A stretch of DNA of 64,000 nt from Octopus sinensis. Lineage: Eukaryota. The position numbers were made by a program, and so were the translations under genes. Shown piece by piece: positions 37,067 through 50,621 of the stretch (the first letter of the stretch is position 1; every line of letters starts with the position of its first letter). The DNA lies in the NCBI RefSeq assembly GCF_006345805.1, contig NC_042999.1, positions 17,794,001-17,858,000 on the forward strand, written 5' to 3'. The notes beneath the pieces are model-generated. The model did not search any database. It was not told where the DNA came from and worked only from the letters and a program-made list of their open reading frames with translations.

Positions 37067-39769
37067 ATATGTGTGTGTGTGCATATATATATATATATAT
37101 AGGTGTGTATGTGCTTGTATACATACATATACATATATATATCTACATATAAATAAATTTATATATACATGCACACACACACACACACACACACGCATAT
37201 ATATATCCAGGAGTGCTAAAAGATTCTTAGATTTCTGAAAGAGCAATGCGTAGTGGATTTAGTAGTTTAACATATCTTTTGGGAGTTTGTGCAATTTCCA
37301 TTTTCCTCGCATTTGGAAGTAGGAATCTATTTAGATAAATATAACTGACAACATTTAGACTTTAGGAACTTGATAAATATAGTTGATTCTTTCTAAATAA
37401 TTCCATATGATATATACCTTGACTTTCTCGGAATAGCACACGATGATTGCTAAATATAAGAATAATTCAATATATAAACCAAAATATATTGCTAAATTGT
37501 AAGGAATGGACAATTTCGTTATCTCTCCTCCTGCTGTATATGTCTATTTGCGAATTCCTCTTCATATAAAGTATGAAAAATTATATATAATACAAAATAA
37601 AATTAAGTAAAAGAGAAAGCAACAATATGCAGTATGATAACGGATTGAAAAGTCTTTCGAATAATCATTTCATGAAAGGGACAATAATCAATAGTCCCAG
37701 GCGGTTTTGTGTAACTTGAGGGGAAAAAATGAAAATATATCTCTTTGAAAAATTCCAGCAACAGAATATGTTTGTCGAGAAAACAAAGATTGGTAGATGA
37801 AATGAAAACATTTTCTATGATGGCATTTTAACTTTTTTCATGATATTTTTTACTGATTCTTAGCATCGTTCATGTTTTTCCTTCTGTGCTCTGCTATTTT
37901 ACCATTTTACCGTTTTTCTGTATCGCTGCTATTCTAACTTATTTTTCTTGGCGCGTATCACTGTGACTGTCTGTTTCTTTTTCTCTCCATTTTTTTTTTC
38001 ATATTTAGTCTGCGGTTACCTTTTCTTTTCTTCCTGCTAGTGACTAGACATTTTTGGACCACTGTCAACGTTCATTGTTTTTGTAGCTTTAGTTTGTCTG
38101 ACAAACACTAATGAGATTCGTTGAGTTTCGCTTAGAAGTAGCATTATTGTTTGGCAATATTTTCTTTTAGTTTTGTTTTGGTCTGCCGTGATTGTAATAA
38201 CTGTGTAGCAGTATTGGGTTGATGGCTAATATTGTGTCTTATGATATTCATTTCATGAAGAAATATTTCTTCATAACAATCATTTCACAGGACAGAACAT
38301 CAATCAGTATCATATATCGCTATATAGATGTCACGATAGACTGAAATACATTTCATAATTTTGCACTGATTTGAGAGCGTGCAATCGTACTTTCATTATA
38401 TAAAAAAAAATCTATTTATCATTCGGTATATTTTCATGAGGATATAGCATTATTTATTTGAAACATTGAAGCGAACACAAATCGTGTTAGTAAATATTTA
38501 AAAGCGAAATCAATGTTAAAAGAGTCACGGGTCTGCCATCTATTTTTCCATGTTCTTCTATGAACAGAAGGATGTAGTCTACGATGACGTGTATACCATA
38601 TACTCCTGTAAGCTTGAAACCATATATCTCTCATTTCAGCCAAGAGTCCCAAAGAATCAGCAAAGCTTAAGTGTGTGTAGCTTTCTTGCTCCCATTTCAT
38701 ATTATACGCTGGAAGACAACATAAAGCATAGATTTGATACTCATAATTACGACTAAGTAGGCCAGCATTTTTGTGCACAATGAGCTACTCTATTATAATG
38801 AATTTATTACTATGGTAAGTCGAACTGTTTAATATGTGAAATCTTATCAACTCCGAAGGTATATAAGTGCGAAGTTGATCAAGAACAGATTTGAACTCAG
38901 AAAGGAAACAATCGGAAGAAGAATTCAAAGGCATTTTGCCAATGCTCTTATGAATCTGCTAAACCAATACTGGACAACGCCTCTTAGGTATAATCATTTC
39001 AAATGATTCCTTTATACACAGGCACGTTGGACCTGACAGTTATATTTATTGTGGATGATGCAGATATTTCAATGTGAAATCTTATGAGCTGTGTTATCAT
39101 ATTCTACCAATCAGATTATTTGACAAGTATTTTGCTATCATAATCTAAGTCACAATGTGGAACAATGATAACGGAAACAAGGCTAACCTACCAGACATAA
39201 TTATTAAGGATAGGAATAATCACGTCTGTATTCTGTTAAACACTTGATCGGTAAGGAAAGGAGACGACTGATCAATTTTAGCGGCAATTTTAAAATAAAA
39301 GAGACACGTGGTCTAGATATGTAATTTGACAGAAGAAATATCTGCTCTGTATCGACATTTTTCGTAAGATAACATTATCAGTTTATTATTATTTTTTTTA
39401 CAAACATTAAATGGAATCACGACTGTCACAACCAATAAAATGCCTACAGCAGAGGAAATAGAAACTGATGCAAACATAAAATTATTTGGGATGTATCTAC
39501 TGATAAATGCATTAAACATAGTTTTCCAAAACTTTTGAAGATGGAAGAGCAACAATATAATATGGCTCGAAGAAATTACTGGAATTTTTTATGCAACGAC
39601 ACAAGTTGTATTCCACCAGTATAGGACACTTCGAAAGATCATTACAAATGTCACATCATTGCTTTGAGTTGATGTGTGTATCTTTTATTTACATCGAGTT
39701 TGTGAATAAGATATTTGCCTGCCAACTTATAGGAGTTGATTTCAATTACAATCATTGAAGAAGACGTGG

Positions 39770-39960
39770 GTATTTAGTTAGAAGTTTACTCCACAACCAC
39801 ATGACTTCGGGTTGGTCCAATTTCGTTGCAAGTTGGGCATATGCTTTCTCCTATAGTCCCGCGCAGATTAATGCCTTCCTGGCTTTTGCATTGAGAAACT
39901 GAAAGAAGCCCGCCATATATGTATATACCTATGTATGTGCGTCTGTGTATTTGTGTTTGG
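39770..39960 (+). mobile_element. SINE family A, old 5' half
   Basis: ccacaaccacatgacttcgggttgg...ttgggcatatgctttctcctatag...gaaactgaaagaagcccgcc. Confidence 0.65.
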
Positions 39961-40198
39961 ACAAAGGATGTGTTTATAGTTATTAAATGTAAGTGTTGTA
40001 CATTAGCTCCTTCCCTCCATCAAATCGACGTTGCCTGAAGAGGTGCACAGTGTTCCATACAGTATTTGTGGATGTGATCGCAGGGTAACGTGAGATGAAG
40101 TGTTTTGCTCAAAAACACAAACACACTACCTGTTCAAGGAATTGAAACGACTATCTTGCGACTATGTGTGAGAATAAACACAAACACAGACATACACA

Positions 40199-40239
<41 letters not shown>

Positions 40240-40421
40240 GCGCGTAAACAATACCCACTCAGCATACAAAGAGCAGAATGCAATAAAATTTGCTTTCGAT
40301 GATCCTTTGTGGTTAGGCATCTAAATGAACTTGCTACTTCAAATGTTGGTTTCCAAATGACTACAATTTTGAGCCTACATTGGAACTAAACATTTAAAGC
40401 TTATCTTATCGTTATTGCCTA

Positions 40422-40497
<76 letters not shown>

Positions 40498-40514
40498 ATC
40501 TATCTATCTGCCTG

Positions 40515-40559
<45 letters not shown>

Positions 40560-40570
40560 TTATCTATCTA
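40422..40570. repeat. (TCTA)n tetranucleotide microsatellite
   Basis: Directly visible; similar tracts at 45610-45760 and 58420-58640. Confidence 0.97.
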
Positions 40571-40970
40571 CATTGATAGATAGATGGGTGTATGGAAATA
40601 TACAATTATGTATACATATATGTATATATGTGCATATATATATACATATACATACATACAATTATGGGTAAGGCCAAAACAATGCGAAGAAAATGCAAGG
40701 TAAATGAAAGGAAAAAAAAATGTGAATTAATGTATTCAATAATTCAGGGTTATGACTCCATTTCCAAGAAATTGACTGACAACATCTGTCAGTTTCTCGA
40801 AAATTGGGTCATAATCTCTAAATATTGAATACAAGGTAAGTCTAAATTATTTCACATATTTTTTTCTTGTGATTTACCTTATATTTACTTCGCATTGCTT
40901 TGGCCTTACCCCCAATCTTTTATACAATATATTCTACGCAATGCTCCATAGTAGTTATTCCACTATGTAT

Positions 40971-41078
<108 letters not shown>

Positions 41079-42049
41079 GCTTTCAAATATTTTTCGTCTT
41101 CCTGTCTACAACATCACGCATAAAGTGGGTAGGCATCGGCTGGTCTGCGGCTATAGTATATGTTTCTCTCGATTTACCGTGCAGAGCGGCCGAACCCAAA
41201 ACCACGATGATGCAAAGCAAGTGTCTTAATTGTACAGTGATATCTGCGCCAATGTAGGAAAATTACTAATGCTGTACATATATTACTCCATTACATGAAA
41301 TATTTTTTCATGCCAGGAAAACTATTTCCTAGTAAATTGGGTAGCTATAATGATGCAGCGAGTTAATGAAACTATGAATATTCATTAATAAGGCGTATCT
41401 ACATTGGAAGCGGTGTATATTACGTGAAGTGACTCCATTTACGCTTTTGGTCTGTGGCACTAAATGGCACTACGAACGGATTCACTCAATGGGATGATAG
41501 TAATTTCCATGTTTATAGCGGATGTGCATCTGTATAGTGCCGCTCGGTAAAAAAAGCGATAAATAGGAAATATGTTACACCGATTCAGTAGGAAATATTG
41601 GAAAGCAGATCTACATTAGGAAAATGCACAAGAGGAAACACGAAAAAATAAATGAACACTTGTTTCATAAAGAAATAGACTTATAATAAACGAAAAAATA
41701 CGCAGGTATCGATGGAGTAAAAGAAAAATATTCTGAAATAAATAAGTGATGAGGACGAAATAGCATGGACGTATACTTTTTTATGTGTAAACTGAAGATA
41801 AGAAATAACCAACTATTTTCATTACTCTAGATCTTTCTGTACGAAGTTACAATATCATCATATCCCTGCTAAATGGATTTGACAAAAAGAAAAGCATGGA
41901 CCATGTAAATAACTGTTTTATGAATAGAAAATTTATTCTACAACGAAGAAGAGAAGACAAATCTAAACAGAAGAATAATTGTTTCCCGTATTGGGGTGAC
42001 TAATAAGTATAAAACGAAGTCGAATAAACGAACTATGTTAAGATAAGAT

Positions 42050-42505
42050 TATTAAAATGTGGCTATAGGTTTAAAAAGTTTGCTTGCAACCTCGTAGCTT
42101 TGAGCTCTGTCCCACTGTCTGGAATCTCAGGAAAGTGTATTTTAATGTAGCCCCTGGTCGATGACTACTGATCAACACACAGGGAATGACATTAGCTGCC
42201 TGAAACTGAATATATATACATTCTATATATTATAGCCTGAAACTGAATATATATACATTCTATATATTATATAGATGAGTATGTTTACTCTTGTGTTTTT
42301 GTTGATCCCCATCACCACTTGACCAATTATGTTGGTTTGTTTACGTCCCTCCAACTCAGAGTTTAGGCAGAGGAGCGCAATAAAACAATAACCAGATTAA
42401 ATGAAAATATGTACTATTTTAGATTTATTTTATTAAATCATATCAAGGTAGTGGAAAATAATGGCCGCAGTCCAATGCCCGAAAGAAATTAAAAACAGTA
42501 AAAGA
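42050..42505 (+). mobile_element. SINE family A, old degenerate copy
   Basis: aagtttgcttgcaacc...gtcccactgtctggaatctcaggaaagtg...accacttgaccaa...atggccgcagtccaatgcccgaaagaaattaaaaacagtaaaaga. Confidence 0.65.
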
Positions 42506-42719
42506 AAGATAAATAAATAAAATAGACTAGAAACTCGACAGTCGATAATATGCATCAGAAGTTAATGTAGAAGTGGATGAGTATTCTATGAAAAGCATCG
42601 TTGGCAAAAGTGAGATATTAGGTCTTAGTATATTACAAGATTTCCTAAAGGGAACTATCATAGGCCTTCACATAATTGGAGTACGCAAAAATAGCTTGAG
42701 TGCTCTTAACTACTCTAGG

Positions 42720-42900
42720 CACAAGGCTCGAAATTTTTGAGAAGGAGGTGGGGTCAGTCGATTAGATCGACTCAGCACGCAACAGGTACTTAATTTATCG
42801 ACTCTGAAAGGACGAAAGTCCAAGTCGACCTCAGGGGCAGACGAAATGACTGCTAAATACTTTACCTGATGTGCCATCGATTCCGCCAGATAGCCGCCTT
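42720..42900 (-). mobile_element. SINE family B, degenerate
   Basis: ggtacttaatttatcgactctgaaaggacgaaagtccaagtcgacctc...gattccgccagatagccgcctt. Confidence 0.7.
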
Positions 42901-44174
42901 ATTTTGCAACTCATATTAATTTATATTTTTGGATGTTACTTGAAAGTGTGATTTGTAAACGTGAATTAAAACAAAGAGTGTAGATAATAAGGGGATTCCC
43001 AACAGTTTCTATTCATTTGTGCCTCCGTCTCCTCAACAACTTCTGCAGTTTTAAGAGCTACGTATTATTCAAGTAGACTTAAATAGTTATCGTAGACTAG
43101 GCATCGCAGACTAATCACTGTCAGCATACACTTTCAATATATATTCGTATAAAGATACCATCGATCATTTTATAGTAGTTCGAACACTGACTGGTTGACA
43201 GCATCCATTGACAGAACCATTTCTGTATTATCTTTTCTCTGTCGTCAATATTAGTTTTACAAAAAGTAATCTTATACATTTTTGCAATGATAGATATTTT
43301 GTTTTCTAGTACGTGCACTCGGCAAAAATTGAATTTTTGGAGATTATACTCAACGACACTCATCGCTTCATGTTATCACCTGATAACACAAAGTCGTCAA
43401 CGTCACCCAGCATGTTTTCCACACAAGACTTAGTGTTGTCTCTAACTAATGGAACATCACTTTAGCCTTTCGGTTTAACGTTTCAGCTTTTCTTACGCCT
43501 AAACTTGTGTTGCATCTATTACAAAATATGCTCTAAATGTTTTTTAATCTTTAGATTCATTCTCAATGATTACGTTATTTTACGTAACAGTATTCAATGG
43601 TTTATCACTTTTCTACTAAGAAAATGTACCGAAGAATATACGTTAATCTATGTTACATTTTATATATAATATTTTTTACCTTTCCTTCAGAATTGTCGCT
43701 CATTAATATTTGTTCTTTCGATATTATTCTCATTGACGTGTCTCTCGTATTCATATATCTACCTATACATCTCGCAAAGTGCTTTTTCTCTTACATTTTT
43801 CTGGGAACTATGTGTTCTTTGATATCATCGATTCCATTTTACTTTTCATATATTGATATGCTTTCTGCGTCTTATTGTGGCACTTTCTTTTCTTACATTT
43901 TCACTTACTTTCATTTCTTTTAACCTCTTTCTTCCACCTGTCTTGCATCTTTCTCTTTTCCTAATTTCTATACACTAATTTGCCATTGAGGCTTATGCCT
44001 TCGGAACTATATAAGTCATTTGCTGATGAACCCGGATACGGAGGAAGAAATTATACTCCTTTTTATTTTCTGTCCCCCTTCTCTAATGATGTTTTTTTGT
44101 CTGAATAAATAGCAATATATATATTGCGTATGTTATATGTATACATATATGTATTTATGTCACTTTCTGTGTAT

Positions 44175-44232
44175 ATTCCGCTGAAGAGGCATAGCATTTC
44201 TAAAGCAAAGTCAGAAATCCGGGATCTAGAAT
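44175..44232 (+). ncRNA. degenerate type I hammerhead ribozyme (family H5)
   Basis: AUUCCG-CUGAAGA-GGC...GUC-A-GAAA-UCCGGGA-UC-UAGAAU: core intact, AUC triplet, near-palindromic stem III, stem I with one mismatch and an extra A before GAAA. Confidence 0.5.
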
Positions 44233-44364
44233 TATCCACTAATTTTTGCTAGTTTATTTTGTCTTTATGTCTTCTCTCCTGGTGCTGTATGAACATCTAA
44301 TGTGGTGTTAGAGTCAGGTTTTGGCTGCTATTTCCAGCGTGGCGGTATATCTTAGATACCCTAA

Positions 44365-44433
<69 letters not shown>

Positions 44434-44468
44434 CATATGTATATATATATACATATATATATATATAC

Positions 44469-44499
<31 letters not shown>

Positions 44500-44576
44500 A
44501 CATATATATATATACATATACATATATATATACATATATATACATATATGTATATGTATATATATATATGTATATG

Positions 44577-44627
<51 letters not shown>

Positions 44628-44680
44628 GTATATTATATATGTATATATATATATATATTATATATATATATATGTATATA

Positions 44681-44740
<60 letters not shown>

Positions 44741-45039
44741 CATGTATGTATGTCTATCGCTTACGTATTGCGAGACCAATAATCTGAAGTAGAACTCAAT
44801 ATACTTATGTTTCTGAACGAAGAGTTGGGTGATTATGGAGTAGCAAGAAGTGAGGCAGATGACAAAGGAATAATAATTATCTAATGAATTTTGTTAGCAT
44901 ACACTTGTTTTTTCTGTAAGAAGCAGCAGACTCACATATCTGTGCCTGGATATCAATTTATAGGAGAAACACCTGTAAGCTAATTCATGTATTCGTTTAT
45001 CATGTTTCTTATACATACTTACATACGTACATATTTTCA

Positions 45040-45518
45040 ACAATAACAAAGGGTAAAATTAATTAATTAACTATTAATCAATAATTTCACCAAGTAGAAT
45101 TCGGCATGAAAAAGGACCATTTCACGGTAAACTAAAGTAATACTTTATAATAGCTTTCAGCAAAGATTTGCTTTACCACATACCGAAGTTTAGAAATAGC
45201 GGTAAAAAAAAATTAGCTATTTCCTTTACTTTAAAAAGAGACTCCCGGAAAAAACCTATTACTCGAAAACAATCCACGAAGGCAGAGAGGAAAGATAACG
45301 AAAATCAATCGATATTAGATTACCCATGTACACGTTTCGGAATTAGATCGGTATAAAGAATGTGTAATTTATACTTTAGCCGAAAATTTTCTTCATCAGC
45401 ATGGGACTTCACAATATTTACTTTGTAAAGAAGAGGAAATAGCTAAGGTTCTTTGACTGCTAATTCTAAACTTCGGTATGTGGTAAAGCAAACATTTGCT
45501 GAACCCTATTATAAAGTA
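45040..45518 (-). mobile_element. HHR-bearing element with about 90-bp internal inverted repeats (family H4)
   Basis: Arms 45141-45232 and 45425-45518 (tactttataatag...ttaccacataccgaagtttagaa / ttctaaacttcggtatgtggtaa...ctattataaagta) enclose a minus-strand HHR; both ends abut microsatellites. Confidence 0.7.
45323..45405 (-). ncRNA. type I hammerhead ribozyme with extended stem II (family H4)
   Basis: Minus strand CCCAUG-CUGAUGA-A-[GAAAAUU..CGG..GUAUAAA..UUUAUAC-CG..AAUUCC]-GAAA-CGUG-UA-CAUGGG: perfect 6-bp stem I and GUA triplet. Confidence 0.75.
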
Positions 45519-45679
45519 CATACATACATACATACCTACATACCTACATACATATATATATATATATAATATTATATATATATATATATATTATATATTA
45601 TATATATATATATCCATCTATCTATCTATCTATCTATCTATCTATATATATATCCATCTATCTATCTATCTATCTATAT

Positions 45680-45760
<81 letters not shown>

Positions 45761-45765
45761 ATATA

Positions 45766-45828
<63 letters not shown>

Positions 45829-46394
45829 GAACGATTCAAGTTTTGGGGGTTTCATGTGAGATGATATTTGGTATACAATATTTACTTGTTCCATTTGCAT
45901 GAAAGTGAACAACTCACACAATCTTTCCTTACAAAGTATACGTGGATCATTCTCTGTCTGGATTTAGTTCTAATAAATTCGAACAGACAATATAATGAAG
46001 GTGTTTTTATTCTTACAAATCTATCATTTTAATAACAGTTACATTTGAATCAATAATTTTTACTCACTTTTAGCATAGTGACTGTATTAGTCGAAGAGAT
46101 TAGATAAATGTCTTTAGTGATGGATTTTCTATTTAGTTTCGGATGTTGAGTAGCTACCAAAAGACACATTTTTACTAATTCTACGTCTTTATAATTCTTC
46201 ACACAACAGTATTACTTACAGCGCTTACTTTCTTTCACAAAATACCCTAGTTTACTAAAGAAATTTCTTTTCAAATTTACCACAACTAAAAGGCAGATCT
46301 GTTGAAAAGTGTATTAGTAAGTCCTTTACTTTACGAGGACATTATTTACTGACATTTACCTATTATATACATAGTCTCCTAGAGATTTATATTA

Positions 46395-46505
46395 AGGGTA
46401 CGCGTGTCTGTGGATTGCTCAGTCACTTGGAGGTTAATTTCACGAGCAAGCTGTTCCGTTGATCTTATCAGCTGGGACCCTACTCGTCGTAACCGACGGA
46501 ATGCT
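46395..46505 (+). mobile_element. SINE family C, 3' fragment
   Basis: ttaagggtacgcgtgtctgtgga...cgtcgtaaccgacggaatgctc. Confidence 0.85.
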
Positions 46506-46509
46506 CATA

Positions 46510-46557
<48 letters not shown>

Positions 46558-47248
46558 GTATATATATGTATGTCCTTACATTAGTAAGTCCTTCACTTTC
46601 TGGGGACAATGCTTACTGACATATCCTCATTATATACATAGTCACAAAAGTTCATAATTATTCTCCCCAAACAATACGTTTTCAGATATAAAGATTTGAG
46701 CTTTGGCTTCAAATGAAGCTTCTCGTTCAGTTTTAGGCGTTTCCCTAGTTCTCACGCCTCGTATATCTGTTTCATCTAATATCATCACTTATTCAATAAG
46801 CTACCCCGGCCTAATAACATCAAACACCTTAAGTATCCATTGCATTTGCCAGTTGACTTGAATTAAGATAGAACTTTTCCAGTGTATCGTTTATTGTCGC
46901 TTCATTTCCTACAGCACGATGACCCGAAAGCCAGTTCGCCTGGATAACTATATGTATTATCAGCAGGTTCTAGCTTACGAACGTCCGATACAATTTCATT
47001 CTTGTTTCGTACATGGAAGTACATTTCTTCCTTTCACTCTGCTTTGCTAATATATTTTAATCATCTATGAAGATTCGCTGATGTTGTGCAGGTATATCGG
47101 TGCACAAATTGGAGATTCCATACTGCTAGCTATAGTAAATATAGGAGTTTATGATTCTTACGACCATGAGACAAAGAAGAGGAAATCAGACATAGAGTTG
47201 ATTGAGAAAAAAGCCAACAGCTTCTGAAGCTGTGCAAAGGCAATAATC

Positions 47249-47299
<51 letters not shown>

Positions 47300-47342
47300 T
47301 CTGAGTATATTCAGTATTGCATACAACATAAGGGAATTAACT

Positions 47343-47663
47343 GTGAGGGCGCGTGGCTTAGTGGTTAGGGCATTCGGCTCATGATCGTAAGGTTGTGAGT
47401 TCGATTCCCGGCGACGCGTTGTGTCCTTGAGCAAGACACTTTATTTCACGTTGCTCCAGTCCACTCAGCTGGCAAAAATGAGTTGTACTTGTATTTCAAA
47501 GGGCCAGCCTTGTCACTCTCTGTGTCACGCTGATTATCCCCGAGAACTACGTTAAGGGTACACGTGTCTGTGGAATGCTCAGCCATTTGCACGTTAATTT
47601 CACGAGCAAGCTGTTCCGTTGATCGTATCAGCTGGGACCCTCGTCGTCGTAACCAGCGGAGTC
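47343..47663 (+). mobile_element. tRNA-derived SINE (family C tail, CORE-like centre), full length
   Basis: A-box ggcgcgtggcttagtgg, B-box gagttcgattccc, gtgtccttgagcaagacactt centre, family C 3' half. Confidence 0.92.
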
Positions 47664-47714
47664 TTTAATGGGAATTAACTAGCTTTAGCATGAAGAAATC
47701 GAATGTAGATCTCT

Positions 47715-49128
47715 ATTCAGGTGATACAGCGTTTGAAAAAGTTAATATCGAGAGAAGAATTTTCCAAGGCGATCCTCTATCCTCCTTTAATATGTGTCTT
47801 ATGTTTAATCCCCTTCACTTTAGTATTAAGGAAGGCAAAGGGAGGATATCAGTTCAGAAATAGTAAGGGAAAAATTAGCCATTTGCTCTCCATGGCTGAT
47901 CTGAAGCTTTTTTAATGAGTATGAAATAGAGATATATTCCTTAATACAAACTAGTACCCTTCAGCAAAGATATGGGCATGGAATTTGGCATAGATAAGTG
48001 TACAATATTAGTCATGAAAAAGAGACAGGTAGTCATCTCCAGTGAAGGTATCCAATTACCAGCTGGCCAGACATTAATAACACTGAAAGAAGGAGAGAGT
48101 TACAAGTATCTAGGGGTATTAGAATCTGATAGAGTACTAACTATAGAAATAAAAACAAAAATTGAGGAGTACATCAGAAGGCTGAGGAAGCTAATGAAGT
48201 CAAAGCTAGATGGTCGGAATCTTATGAAGGCTGTAAATACTTACAGGGTCGTTACTTATATACACAGCAGCTTTTGGAGATTGGACAAAATCTGATTTAG
48301 CAAATCTAGACAGGAGAACTAGGAAGGAATTCAATGTGAGTGGAGGACTTCAACCAAGAGCAGGAGTAGAAAGATTATACTTACCTAGAAAGGAAGGTAG
48401 AAGAGGTTTAATATCAGTAGAACTGCGTGGAGTTAGAGAAGATCAAACATTAAGGACTAATTAGATAAATCCAAGATAGATAAAAACCAAGTAGATTCCC
48501 AATGAAGGTTATGTAACTCAAAAGAGGAAAGCGTTACTCATAGAGTAAGTGAATGTAGCATGCTGGTACTGGAAGAATAAAAGAAAAGACTTGACAACCT
48601 AGGGAGAGTAATCCACTGGGAGTTACGTAGAAAGCTAGGATTTGACCATACTGACTATACTGATAAATTATATGAACATGAACCTAGTAAAGTACTGGAA
48701 AGTAAGAAATATGTTGTGGGAATTTAACATTGAGACGGACAGATTAGTAGTAGCAGACAAAGAGAAAAGAAAGTGCTACAAAATTGACTTTACAGTCCCA
48801 AATGATGAGATAGTCAATATGAGAGGTATAGAGAAAACAGCAAAATACCAGGACCTAGCCATTGATTAACAGAGACAATGGAAAATGCGGGTAAAATGAT
48901 TCCCTGTAGTTGTAGGTTCAAATATCCCTGAATATTTGAACAGGTGGGTTGAGGAAACTGGCATAAAACCTAGTTTAGTACAGCTGCAGAAAACAGTGTT
49001 ATTAGGGACAGCTAGAATACTTAGGAGGGTTCTTAGTATTTAAGGTTACTTGTTGTAGCCCGATGTTAGGAATTCTTCTTTTCGGACAATCTTTTCTGTT
49101 GTGCGTATATGAAATAATAATAATAAAC
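47715..49128 (+). mobile_element. R4/Dong-like non-LTR retrotransposon, 5'-truncated and decayed (RT to RLE, (TAA)n tail)
   Basis: Frameshifted RT motifs FQGDPL(S)PP..CLIPFTLVLRK..GYQF..KISHLLSMADLKLF; GMEFGIDKC..YKYLGVLE..YIRRLRKLMKSKLDGRNLMKAVNT; RLE LVVADKEKRKCYKIDFTVPND..EKTAKYQDL..QLQKTVLLGTARILRRVL*; ends gaaataataataa. Confidence 0.92.
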
Positions 49129-49129
49129 G

Positions 49130-49665
49130 TGGTATGACCAAATCTGAGAAGAGGTTGCCGAATGAAGACCGCAAAATCCTGTGAGATGCAATTATTCTGT
49201 GTGACATCAGATCAGGCATTGGAAACCTGACATTGTCGTAGTAAGATATAAAGAAAAACACTTGCATGATAATCGACAACAGATTCAAGGGAAAGAAGAA
49301 GAAAAAGTAAGGTGGAGTACCAGCATGGCCCCAATCAAATGACGGAAACAAGTAAAAGAAATAAAGGAATAAAACTACTACGATTTGAAGTGGGAAATGC
49401 GCAGGTTGGGAGCAATGAAGAGAGTAGATGTGATAGCAATAGTAATTGGCGGGCTTGGAAGTATCAACACTCAACTACCGACATGCCTCAAAAAGAACGA
49501 TACAAACATAATCATCATTGCTTGGAACTGCAAGAGTTTGCCTGCAGGGTTCTTGAAGCATGATCAGTAAACAAGTACCACCTTAGTCTGCTGGCTGTAG
49601 ACAGCTGATATTTTCCACCATGCCCAGCAAAATAAGCTGCGAGTTTTCGTCAAATAATAATAATA

Positions 49666-49690
<25 letters not shown>
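49130..49690 (+). mobile_element. second RLE-LINE 3' fragment interrupted by a SINE tail (49307-49375)
   Basis: NEDRKIL*DAIILCD..KPDIVVV..KEKTCMIID, then after the insert DLKWEMRRL..VIAIVIGGLGSI, a 3' UTR and (TAA)n. The insert aaggtggagtaccagcatggccccaatcaaatgacggaaacaagtaaaag is the family A SINE tail. Confidence 0.8.
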
Positions 49691-49716
<26 letters not shown>

Positions 49717-49774
49717 CAACAACAACAACAATAACAACAACAACAATAATAATAATAATAAAGCATGTACATTG

Positions 49775-50280
49775 TTTTGTCTTGGTATAAAAAATGGGCT
49801 ACAGCAAATATTCTGCTCAATACCACAGACTTGCTTGTCAGTTGTTTGACCTTAACCACTTGAGCATGTCCCTTAGTGGCTCACGATATGTGCATCTCTG
49901 ATCACGAGCAGAAGTAGTGGGGGAGCATCATAGACATGTGTTGAGAGGGATTCTTTGGGGCTTGAATAATTCACCTCTGGAAACTTGGGTGTTTCGTTCA
50001 ACATCCTTAAACAACTCTTATTCAAGGACCTCTTGAGCGGGATGGGTTACTCGACCAGAAGAAGATTCTAACTGGCCCCACCTGCAAGGTCATGTGCTGT
50101 TTATCTTGATATGAGATCACCATGTCACGCATATATGGTTGTGATGCATGTACCTAGTGTACCCTTATCAGTGGGTAGTCATGATGGGTATACTGGGCTT
50201 CGTATATTTTACCCCAGTGTCACTTTGATGGTATGCACTGCCCTCTCACTCAATAATAATAATAATAATAATAATGATAA
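49775..50280 (+). mobile_element. (TAA)n-tailed retroelement 3' segment
   Basis: About 480-bp GC-richer unique block ending ...ctctcactc-(aat)n and preceded by (AAT/AAC)n; no ORF motif recognised. Confidence 0.55.
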
Positions 50281-50289
50281 AAATAATAA

Positions 50290-50435
50290 TAAATACATAA
50301 TTTACCTGTGAATTTGCGTGTGAAATCTGGGAAGGCATACAATGAGCTTCTCTGCCCTAGGTGTGCGGAAAACACTCGACGAGAAACGGAAGAATATTTG
50401 AAGAAAGAAGGAGAAATAGTAATAATAATAATAAT

Positions 50436-50469
<34 letters not shown>

Positions 50470-50568
50470 TTAATAATAATAACATGAACTTCCAACTTGT
50501 TGTCTCTTGAGGTCTCTGGGTGAGACTTGGAGCCAGCTTGTGCAAATGAAAAGCAAATGTCAAACATA

Positions 50569-50621
<53 letters not shown>

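Noticed and set aside
38434-38820. 114-aa ORF and segments resembling Cys-loop TM2 or GPCR TM6, plus a GTAAGT donor
   Set aside because: Resemblances fall in different frames and on different strands and are mutually incompatible; no open exon leads cleanly into the donor.
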